Source of the DNA: Alphaproteobacteria bacterium
GTDB lineage: Bacteria; Pseudomonadota; Alphaproteobacteria; UBA828
DNA: 64,000 bases
Direction of reading: 5' to 3'
Assembly (NCBI GenBank): GCA_965221125.1
Contig: CBDCRW010000007.1
Location: forward strand, 608,001-672,000
Within the stretch, counting starts at the first letter, position 1, and each line of letters begins with the position of its first letter. Position numbers and translations under genes: made by a program. Of the stretch, positions 56,358 through 64,000 are shown piece by piece. The notes under the pieces were generated by a model. The model saw nothing but the letters and a program-made list of their open reading frames with translations. It ran no database searches and was not told where the DNA came from.

Positions 56358-56435
56358 TATCGCCGCGACTCGTCCCGTAACTCATAAGAGCGACGCGGCC
56401 GCGCTGCAAGCAAGGCGTCGCGCTACGCTGCCCCG

Positions 56436-57179
56436 CTACTTCTTGGAATCGGCTCCCTCGGCCGGGTCCGCCGGGGTCTCCGGCTCGGTCCTGGCTCCGG
56501 GCCTTGCGTCCGGCGGGCTGACGATGCCGCCGGAGATCACCAGCTTCACGCCTTCTTCGACGGTCATGTCGAGCGGGATGCAGTCCTTGCGCGGCACGAA
56601 CAGCAAAAAACCCGAGGTCGGGTTGGGCGTGGTCGGCAGGAAGACGTTGACCATCTCCTCCTCCGTCACCCGCTGAACCTCGCCCCGCGTCGGGCTGGTG
56701 ATGAAGCCGATGACCCAGATGCCGCGGCGTGGGTACTCGATCAGCACCACCTCGCGGAAGGCGTTGGCCGATTGCGCCAGCACCGAGTCGAAGATCTGCT
56801 TGAGCACGCCGTAGACCGTGCGCACCACGGGCACGCGCGAGACCAGGCGCTCGCCGAAGCGCACCAGGAAGCGCCCGGCGACGTTGGTAAACAGCGCGCC
56901 GACCAGCGTGACCAGGATGAGCACGATCACGATGCCGACGCCGGGCACGTTGGTCCCGAGGATGTCGGACGGGTTGTAGGCGTCCGGGATCAGGGGCACG
57001 ACCGCGCGGTCGAACAGATCGACCACCAGCCAGAGCAGCCATATGGTGATGCCGATCGGCGCGGTGACGACGATGCCGGCGAGCAGGTAGGTCCGCAAGC
57101 GCGCGATGAACCCGCGCCGGCGCGGCGGCTGGATCAGCCGCGGCGGCCCGTCGTGCGTGTGCTCGTCCTCGGTGCGCAT
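56436..57179 (-). CDS. DUF502 membrane protein
   Basis: LAGIVVTAP, VLIEYPRRG, VFLPTTPNPTSGF. Confidence 0.92.
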   Translation of the reverse strand: MRTEDEHTHDGPPRLIQPPRRRGFIARLRTYLLAGIVVTAPIGITIWLLWLVVDLFDRAVVPLIPDAYNPSDILGTNVPGVGIVIVLILVTLVGALFTNVAGRFLVRFGERLVSRVPVVRTVYGVLKQIFDSVLAQSANAFREVVLIEYPRRGIWVIGFITSPTRGEVQRVTEEEMVNVFLPTTPNPTSGFLLFVPRKDCIPLDMTVEEGVKLVISGGIVSPPDARPGARTEPETPADPAEGADSKK

Positions 57180-57371
57180 GTGCGTGCCTGCCGCTATTGG
57201 CCGCCGGCGGATCGCGCATTGTACGGCAACGGCAGGGGTGGTGCCTCCTCCGCCGCGCCTTGGCGGGATGCGGGGCTCCGCCTATCATTCCGCGCAAGCG
57301 CGCTCCCGCGCCGTGGCAACCGCATTGCGCGACGCCGGCCGGCATGGAGCGCGGCACGGAGGGAGGAGCCG

Positions 57372-58319
57372 ATGTCGAGGCAGTTCACCGTCGCTGCGGC
57401 GCAGATGGGGCCCATCGCCCGCGCCGATACGCGCTCGCAGGTGGTCGACCGCCTGATCGCCATGCTGCACACGGCGCACCGGGCGGGTGCCACGCTCGTG
57501 GTGTTTCCGGAGCTGGCGCTCACCACCTTCTTTCCGCGCTGGGTCATCGACGATCCCGAGGAACTCGACGGCTACTTCGAGACCGAGATGCCGAACAACG
57601 AGACCCAGCCGCTCTTCACCGCGGCGCAGGAGCTCGGGGTCGGATTCCACCTCGGCTACGCTGAGATGGTGATCGAGGACGACGGTTCAAAGCGCTATTT
57701 CAACACGGCTATCCTCGTCGATCGCGACGGGCGCATCGCCGGCAAGTACCGCAAGGTCCACATCCCCGGCCATTCCGAGCCGGTGCCCGGCCAGGTCCAC
57801 CAGCACCTGGAGAAGCGCTACTTCGAGCCCGGCGACCTGGGCTTCCCCGTGTTCCGCTCCATGGACGGCGTGATGGGCATGTGCATCTGCAACGACCGGC
57901 GCTGGCCCGAGACCTACCGGGTGATGGGGCTGCAGGGCGTGGAGCTCGTCATGCTCGGCTACAACACGCCGAGCACCAACCCCTTCGCCAAGGGCGAGGA
58001 GGCGCCTCACCTCGGCATGTTCCACAACCACCTCTCCATGCAGGCCGGCGCCTATCAGAACGGCACCTGGGTGGTGGCATCGGCCAAGGCCGGCATGGAG
58101 GAGGGCATCCACCACATGGGCGGGAGCTGCATCATCGCACCCACAGGCGAGATCGTGGCCCAGGCGCAAGGCGAGGGCGACGAGGTGGTGTGCGCGCCGA
58201 TCGACCTGGAGCGCGGGGTCTACATCCGCGAGACCATCTTCGACTTCGCCGCGCACCGGCGGATCGAGCACTACGGCCTCATCTCCAGCCGCACCGGCGC
58301 GGAGCCGCCGCCCGCCTGA
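57372..58319 (+). CDS. N-carbamoyl-D-amino acid hydrolase (nitrilase superfamily)
   Basis: FPELALTTFFPRW, KYRKVHIPGH, HLEKRYF, ICNDRRWPE (E-K-C triad). Confidence 0.92.
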   Translation: MSRQFTVAAAQMGPIARADTRSQVVDRLIAMLHTAHRAGATLVVFPELALTTFFPRWVIDDPEELDGYFETEMPNNETQPLFTAAQELGVGFHLGYAEMVIEDDGSKRYFNTAILVDRDGRIAGKYRKVHIPGHSEPVPGQVHQHLEKRYFEPGDLGFPVFRSMDGVMGMCICNDRRWPETYRVMGLQGVELVMLGYNTPSTNPFAKGEEAPHLGMFHNHLSMQAGAYQNGTWVVASAKAGMEEGIHHMGGSCIIAPTGEIVAQAQGEGDEVVCAPIDLERGVYIRETIFDFAAHRRIEHYGLISSRTGAEPPPA

Positions 58320-58362
58320 GCCTGAGCGCTGCCGCCGGAGCGCGCCCAAATTTAGCCGAGAA

Positions 58363-58509
58363 GCGACAGGCCGCGACAGCGGCCCGCCGCGTATGCGGCG
58401 CACATCGCGCGCCCCTGCGCGCGTGGCCGCGCGACGCGGAGGCGTTGGCCGGTCGCGCCGGCAGGCGCGCGCAAGCGAAGACCGGCCAACTGCCGTGAGC
58501 GAAAAACGC
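58363..58509. repeat. Dispersed intergenic repeat, copy 3 (no terminal hairpin)
   Basis: About 40-bp block matching the one at 7069 with 2 mismatches; CTGCCGTGAGCGAAAAA near the 3' end. Confidence 0.85.
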
Positions 58510-59481
58510 TTAAACCGTCAGAACGATCTTGCCGAAGTGGGCGTTGGCGCGCATGTGCGCCTGCGCCTCCGCCGCCTGCTCCAGCGGGAAGGTGCGGTCG
58601 ATGGGCAGGCTCAGCGTGCCGTCCTCCACCGCGTCCCAGATGTCGGCGCGCATGGCGGCGTTGATGGCGCGCACCTCGTCCACCGTACGGGTGCGGAAGG
58701 TCACGCCGATGTAGTCGATGCGCTTCAGCGCGTGCAGGTCGAAGTCGAATTCCCCGGTGAATCCGCCGAGCCGGCCCACGTTCACGATGCGCCCCAGCAC
58801 GGCGGCCGCCTGCATCGTCTGATTGGCGAGCCCGCCCGAGACCTGGTCGATGGTGAGGTCGACTCCCCTGCCGCCGGTGGCGTCCCGCGCCTGCTCCACC
58901 CAGGCGGGATCGGCGGGGTCGAGGACCAGGTCGGCACCGAACGCCGCGAGCCGGGCGCGCCGGCCGGCATCGCGGGAGGTGGCGATCACCGTCCCGGCCC
59001 CCTTCAGGCGGGCGATCTGGATCGCCATGATGCCGACGCCCGAGCTTGCGCCCTGGATCAGCACGGACTCGCCTGCGGCAAGCCTGCCGTTGGTGACGAG
59101 CGCGTCGTGCATGGTCTGGAGCGCGATGGGCAGCGTCGCCGCCGCAACAGGATCGGATGAGGCCCTGGGCACGGGGCAGACGCGGCCCCAGTCGGTCACC
59201 GCGTACTCGGCATAGCCGCCGGCGCCCGAGCACATCACCCGATCGCCCGGCTTGAACTCGGGCACGTCGGCGCCGACGGCCGCGACCTCGCCGGCCCATT
59301 CGAGCCCCGCAATCGCGCCCGCGCCGCCGAGCGCCCCGTGCGGCCGCCCCGCCGCCATGATCAGGTCCGCCCGGTTCAGCCCGCTGGCGGCGACCCTGAC
59401 CAGGACCTCGCCGGGCTTGGGATCGGGCGCCGGCACCTCGCGGATCGCCAGCCCCTCGCCGGTAAGCACCACTGCCTTCAT
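58510..59481 (-). CDS. MDR-family NAD(P)H:quinone oxidoreductase
   Basis: GLNRAD, GLEWAGEV, QGASSGVG, HFGKIVL. Confidence 0.9.
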   Translation of the reverse strand: MKAVVLTGEGLAIREVPAPDPKPGEVLVRVAASGLNRADLIMAAGRPHGALGGAGAIAGLEWAGEVAAVGADVPEFKPGDRVMCSGAGGYAEYAVTDWGRVCPVPRASSDPVAAATLPIALQTMHDALVTNGRLAAGESVLIQGASSGVGIMAIQIARLKGAGTVIATSRDAGRRARLAAFGADLVLDPADPAWVEQARDATGGRGVDLTIDQVSGGLANQTMQAAAVLGRIVNVGRLGGFTGEFDFDLHALKRIDYIGVTFRTRTVDEVRAINAAMRADIWDAVEDGTLSLPIDRTFPLEQAAEAQAHMRANAHFGKIVLTV

Positions 59482-59665
59482 TCCCCGCCTCCTACGACCT
59501 GAAACTGCCACCCCTTATACCCGGCCCTTCCATGCCTGCGCCGGCATAATGTTATAGCTGGCCGAAACCGTTGACGCCCTGCGCAGTCGCGACCACACTT
59601 TCCCGGTCGAGTCGGTATTCACGAATGTCCGTCTCCATCCACCGAGAGTGAAATGGGAGCGAGCA

Positions 59666-59941
59666 ATGAACAAGGCTGAGCTGATCAAGGCCGTCGCGAG
59701 CGGCGCGGACATCTCCAACGCTGACGCTGCGGCTGCGGTGGACAGCGTGTTCGGCGCCATAACCGATACGCTGCGGAGCGGCTCCGAGGTCAGGCTGGCA
59801 GGGTTCGGGTCGTTCAGCGTCGTCCACCGCAAGGCCACGAGCGGCCGCAATCCGCGCACCGGCGAAGCGATCTCGATTCCCGCCTCCAGGCAACCCAAGT
59901 TCAAGGCCGGCAAGACGCTCAAGGACGCCGTCAACGGCTGA
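59666..59941 (+). CDS. hup: DNA-binding protein HU
   Basis: MNKAELI, GFGSF, GRNPRTGE, PKFKAGK. Confidence 0.97.
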   Translation: MNKAELIKAVASGADISNADAAAAVDSVFGAITDTLRSGSEVRLAGFGSFSVVHRKATSGRNPRTGEAISIPASRQPKFKAGKTLKDAVNG

Positions 59942-59966
59942 GCCCAGCCCCGCCGGCGGCCGGTGC

Positions 59967-60042
59967 GGGCGGTTAGCTCAGCTGGGAGAGCGCTTGGTTT
60001 ACACCCAAGAGGTCGGCGGTTCGATCCCGTCACCGCCCACCA
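59967..60042 (+). tRNA. tRNA-Val(TAC)
   Basis: GGGCGGTTAGCTCAG...CTTGG-TTTACAC-CCAAG...GGTTCGATCC...CCA. Confidence 0.97.
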
Positions 60043-60212
60043 GGCGCTGGCCGCGCCGGTAGCGCGAGGGGCCGGGGCACACTCCCGGCGGGAGCGGCGC
60101 ACGGGCACCTGACCTTCGCCAGCCGGCGCCGTGCCCAAGCGGCTTGACCCCGCCCAACCCCTGCTCTACATGGTGACGGCCGGCGCGGCGACGGCTTGCC
60201 GCCGGATCCGTC

Positions 60213-60291
60213 GGGGGTGTAGCTCAGCTTGGTTTAGAGCGCCGGCCTGTCACGCCGGAGGTCGCGGGTTCGAGTCCCGTCACTCCCGCCA
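60213..60291 (+). tRNA. tRNA-Asp(GTC)
   Basis: GGGGGTGTAGCTCAG...CCGGC-CTGTCAC-GCCGG...GGTTCGAGTCC...GCCA. Confidence 0.96.
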
Positions 60292-60464
60292 TATCCTCGG
60301 GGCACCGTTGCCGGAGCGCCGGGTCGGGAAGGGCTGCAACGGGGTGCCGTTTTGATGCAGGCTTCGGGATTCGGGGGCGGTCAGGAGCGGCCGCGGCGCG
60401 AATGCCGTAACGGCTCCCGGTGCGACGCGTTGGCCGCGCCGCGCGGGATGGTGGGCCGCGACGA

Positions 60465-60839
60465 ATGACCGCGTCGACCGACCTCCTCCTTGAATATCTG
60501 CCCATCGTCATCTTCCTCGGCATCGCCGGCGTGATGGCCATCGCCGCCATCGCGGGCTCCTACGTGCTGGCGCCGCAACGGCCCGACAGGGACAAAATCG
60601 CGGCCTACGAGTGCGGCTTCGATGCCTTCGAGGATGCCCGCGGCCGCTTCGACGTGCGCTTCTATCTGGTGGCGATCCTGTTCATCATATTCGATCTCGA
60701 GGTCGCCTTCCTCTTTCCGTGGGCCGTCTCGTTCAGCGAAATCGGGCTCTACGGCTTCTGGTCCATGGTCGTCTTCCTCGGCCTGCTCACCATCGGTTTC
60801 GTCTACGAGTGGAAGAAGGGCGCGCTGGAATGGGAGTAG
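60465..60839 (+). CDS. nuoA: NADH-quinone oxidoreductase subunit A
   Basis: [26 protein letters not shown]. Confidence 0.97.
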   Translation: MTASTDLLLEYLPIVIFLGIAGVMAIAAIAGSYVLAPQRPDRDKIAAYECGFDAFEDARGRFDVRFYLVAILFIIFDLEVAFLFPWAVSFSEIGLYGFWSMVVFLGLLTIGFVYEWKKGALEWE

Positions 60840-61384
60840 GCAACTCGACCGTCGGCCTGCCGGACAAGCCGCTCGCCGCAGGCCCGGCCCAGGATCAGGC
60901 GCTCGCGCTGGTCAGCGACGAGCTCAACGACAAGGGCTTCGTCGTCGCCAACCTCGACAACGTCATCAACTGGGCGCGCACCGGCTCGCTCTGGCCGATG
61001 ACCTTCGGGCTCGCCTGCTGCGCGGTCGAGTTCATGCAGACCATCGCGTCCCGCTACGACATCGACCGGATCGGCATGGTGCCGCGCGCGAGCCCGCGCC
61101 AGTCGGACGTGATGATCGTGGCCGGCACGCTGTGCAACAAGATGGCGCCCGCGTTCCGCCGCGTCTACGACCAGATGCCGGAGCCCCGCTACGTCATCTC
61201 GATGGGCAGCTGCGCCAACGGCGGCGGCTACTATCACTACTCGTACTCGGTGGTGCGCGGCTGCGACCGTGTCGTCCCGGTCGACATCTACGTTCCGGGC
61301 TGTCCGCCGACGGCCGAAGCGCTGCTTTACGGCATCATGCAGCTGCAGCGGAAGATCAGGCGAACGGGGACCATCGCGCGCTAG
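60830..61384 (+). CDS. nuoB: NADH-quinone oxidoreductase subunit B
   Basis: [20 protein letters not shown]. Confidence 0.97.
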   Translation: MGVGNSTVGLPDKPLAAGPAQDQALALVSDELNDKGFVVANLDNVINWARTGSLWPMTFGLACCAVEFMQTIASRYDIDRIGMVPRASPRQSDVMIVAGTLCNKMAPAFRRVYDQMPEPRYVISMGSCANGGGYYHYSYSVVRGCDRVVPVDIYVPGCPPTAEALLYGIMQLQRKIRRTGTIAR

Positions 61385-61408
61385 CGCGCGGCTTGAGTGG
61401 GCGAGGGG

Positions 61409-62038
61409 ATGGACACGGCCGACCTACGCGACCTCGGCGAGTACGTCGCGACCACTCTCAGCGACTACGTGCACGCGACGGATGTCGCGTTCGGCGAGCT
61501 CGTGGTCGAGGCGCGCGCCGACCAGGTGGTGCGCGTCCTCAAGTTCCTGAAGGACGATCCGGCCTGCCGCTTCGAGCAGCTCACCGACCTCTGCGGCGTG
61601 GACTACCCCGAGCGCGACCCGCGCTTCGATGTCGTCTATCACCTGCTCAGCATGAGCCACAATCGGCGGATGCGCCTCAAGGTCGGCGTCAACGAGGACC
61701 AGCCGGTGCCGTCGGTGACGGAGGTGTATCCGTCCGCCGGGTGGTGGGAGCGCGAGACCTGGGATCTCTACGGCATCCACTTCGCCGGCAATCCCGACCT
61801 GCGCCGGCTGCTGACGGACTATGGGTTCAACGGCCATCCGCTCCGCAAGGATTTTCCGCTCACCGGCTATGTCGAGCTTCGCTACGACTCAGAGCAGAAG
61901 CGCGTGGTGTACGAGCCGGTGAAGCTCACGCAGGAGTTCCGCCGCTTCGACTTCCTCAGCCCCTGGGAGGGCACGTCCTACCCCTTGCCGGGCGACGAGA
62001 AGGCCGATGACGCCGGCGACGACGGGCGCCCCTCATGA
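61409..62038 (+). CDS. nuoC: NADH-quinone oxidoreductase subunit C
   Basis: [29 protein letters not shown]. Confidence 0.97.
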   Translation: MDTADLRDLGEYVATTLSDYVHATDVAFGELVVEARADQVVRVLKFLKDDPACRFEQLTDLCGVDYPERDPRFDVVYHLLSMSHNRRMRLKVGVNEDQPVPSVTEVYPSAGWWERETWDLYGIHFAGNPDLRRLLTDYGFNGHPLRKDFPLTGYVELRYDSEQKRVVYEPVKLTQEFRRFDFLSPWEGTSYPLPGDEKADDAGDDGRPS

Positions 62039-63213
62039 GCGAGCGCCAGATCCGCAACATGACCGTGAACTTCGGGCCGCAGCATCCGGCGGCGCACGGC
62101 GTGCTGCGGCTCGTGCTGGAGATGGACGGCGAGGTGGTCGAGCGTGCCGATCCCCACATCGGCCTGCTCCATCGCGGCACCGAGAAGCTGATCGAGTACA
62201 AGACCTACCTGCAGGCCGTGCCCTATTTCGACCGGCTCGACTACGTCGCGCCGATGAACCAGGAGCACGCCTACGCGCTCGCCGTGGAAGCCCTGCTCGG
62301 CCTCGAAATCCCGGAGCGCGCGCAGTACATCCGCGTGCTCTACAGCGAGATTTCGCGCATCGCCAACCATCTGATGAACATCTGCACCATGGCGCTCGAC
62401 GTCGGCGCAATGACCCCCTTCTTCTGGGGCTTCGAGGAACGCGAGCGCACCATGGAGTTCTACGAGCGCGCCTCGGGCTCCCGCCTCCATGCCGCCTACT
62501 TCCGCCCCGGCGGCGTCGCCTACGATCTCGCCCCGGACCTGCTCGCCGACATCGGCGCGTGGAACGAGGCCTTCCCCAAGGTCATCGACGACATCGAGAA
62601 CGTGCTGACCGAGAACCGCATCTTCAAGCAGCGCACGGTCGACATCGGCATCCTGAGCGCGCAGGAAGCCTTCGACTGGGGGCTCACCGGGCCGGTGCTG
62701 CGCGCCTCCGGCGTTTCCTGGGACCTGCGCCGCAACCAGCCCTACGAGGTCTACAGCGCGCTCGATTTCGGCGTGCCCGTCGGCAGCAACGGCGATTGTT
62801 ACGAGCGCTATCTCGTCCGCATGGAGGAGATGAGGCAGTGCGTCAGAATTATCGCCCAATGCCTTGAAAAAATGCCGCAAGGTCCGGTCAAGGTTGAGGA
62901 CAACAAGATCACGCCGCCGTCCAGGGCCGTGATGAAGGAGTCGATGGAGGCGCTGATCCATCACTTCAAGCTCTACACCGAGGGCTACCACGTGCCGGCG
63001 GGCGAGGCCTACCGCGCGGTGGAGGCGCCCAAGGGCGAGTTCGGCGTCTATCTCGTCGCCGACGGCACCAACAGGCCCTACCGCTGCAAGATCAGGGCGC
63101 CGGGCTTCGCGCACCTCCAGGTCCTCGACCACATGAGCAAGGGGCACATGCTGGCGGACACGGTGGCCAACTTGGCCAGCATGGACATCGTGTTCGGGGA
63201 GATCGATCGGTGA
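62035..63213 (+). CDS. nuoD: NADH-quinone oxidoreductase subunit D
   Basis: [33 protein letters not shown]. Confidence 0.98.
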   Translation: MSERQIRNMTVNFGPQHPAAHGVLRLVLEMDGEVVERADPHIGLLHRGTEKLIEYKTYLQAVPYFDRLDYVAPMNQEHAYALAVEALLGLEIPERAQYIRVLYSEISRIANHLMNICTMALDVGAMTPFFWGFEERERTMEFYERASGSRLHAAYFRPGGVAYDLAPDLLADIGAWNEAFPKVIDDIENVLTENRIFKQRTVDIGILSAQEAFDWGLTGPVLRASGVSWDLRRNQPYEVYSALDFGVPVGSNGDCYERYLVRMEEMRQCVRIIAQCLEKMPQGPVKVEDNKITPPSRAVMKESMEALIHHFKLYTEGYHVPAGEAYRAVEAPKGEFGVYLVADGTNRPYRCKIRAPGFAHLQVLDHMSKGHMLADTVANLASMDIVFGEIDR

Positions 63214-63818
63214 CGGGCACGGCCGGAAACGGCGCCGCCGGCAACGGCGCCGAGACCTTCGCCTTCACGCCCGAGAACCGGGCGAAGGCGGACGCGGTGA
63301 TCGCCAAGTACCCCGCCGGCTGCCAGGCCAGCGCGGTGCTGCCGCTGCTCGACCTCGCACAGCGCCAGAACGGCGGCTGGATCCCGCGCGCGGCGATGGA
63401 GCACGTGGCCGCGCTGCTCGACATGGCGTCGATCCGGGTCTACGAGGTCGCGACCTTCTACACCATGCTGAACCTGGAGCCGGTCGGCCGGCATCACGTC
63501 CAGCTCTGCCGCACGACGCCCTGCTGGCTGCGGGGCTCGGACGCGCTCCGCGACGCCTGCCGCGACGAGCTCGGCATCGGCCTGGGCGAGACCACAGAAG
63601 ACGGACTCTTCACCGTGACCGAGGTCGAGTGCCTCGGCGCCTGCGTCAATGCGCCGATGGTGCAGATCGACGACCACTTCTACGAGGACCTCGAGCCTCA
63701 GCGCATGAAGGAGATCCTGCGTGCCCTCGGGGCGGGCGAGGCGCCCGCGCCGGGGCCGCAGACCGGCCGCCAGACCTCGGCGCCCGCCTCGGGCCCGACC
63801 ACACTGACCGAGCTTTGA
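63210..63818 (+). CDS. nuoE: NADH-quinone oxidoreductase subunit E
   Basis: EVATFY, CRTTPC, ECLGAC. Confidence 0.96.
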   Translation: MTGTAGNGAAGNGAETFAFTPENRAKADAVIAKYPAGCQASAVLPLLDLAQRQNGGWIPRAAMEHVAALLDMASIRVYEVATFYTMLNLEPVGRHHVQLCRTTPCWLRGSDALRDACRDELGIGLGETTEDGLFTVTEVECLGACVNAPMVQIDDHFYEDLEPQRMKEILRALGAGEAPAPGPQTGRQTSAPASGPTTLTEL

Positions 63819-63820
63819 GC

Positions 63821-64000
63821 ATGCTCAGCGATTCGGACCGCATCTTCACCAATCTCTACGGCATCCGGGACGCCGGCCTGGCCGGCGCGCGTGCGCGCGG
63901 CGACTGGGACGGCACCGCCGGGCTGATGGCCAACGGGCACGACTGGATCGTCGATCAGGTCAAGGAGTCGGGCTTGCGCGGGCGCGGCGGCGCCGGCTTC
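63821..64000 (+). CDS. nuoF: NADH-quinone oxidoreductase subunit F, 5' part truncated by the window edge
   Basis: [14 protein letters not shown]...[11 protein letters not shown]. Confidence 0.95.
   Translation, partial: MLSDSDRIFTNLYGIRDAGLAGARARGDWDGTAGLMANGHDWIVDQVKESGLRGRGGAGF

Noticed and set aside
60213-60291. tRNA-Asp with an 11-nt D-loop (79 nt total)
   Set aside because: Slightly long but within normal D-loop variation; all stems pair

Overview
This is a high-GC chromosomal segment (roughly 70% by eye) of an alphaproteobacterium with Rhodospirillales-like gene content. Core genes are rpmG, dnaE, rpsB-tsf-pyrH-frr-uppS, hisN, purB, a CCA-adding enzyme, a complete Rrf2-sufBCDSUTA operon, HU, nuoA-F (nuoF partial) and four tRNAs (Gln-TTG, Pro-TGG, Val-TAC, Asp-GTC). 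They are interleaved with catabolic and transport genes: a BMP-type ABC importer, a CUT1-type ABC importer upstream of acoABC, an orphan Tat-exported solute-binding protein with an SDR and a lactonase, acetoacetyl-CoA ligase, D-carbamoylase and a secreted sphingomyelinase-like enzyme. Two IS elements have visible terminal repeats and target duplications (IS481-like and IS1380). The least explained signals are: (1) an 11-unit GAGA(C/T) array with a mean period of exactly 10.5 bp; (2) a three-copy dispersed intergenic repeat, two copies ending in an identical 31-bp hairpin; (3) an MNT-HEPN toxin-antitoxin pair whose toxin gene is interrupted by a low-GC foreign segment; (4) an in-frame low-GC patch inside the CCA-adding enzyme gene. 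I found no CRISPR array, prophage or rRNA. All calls come from reading the sequence and recognising motifs; no database searches were run.
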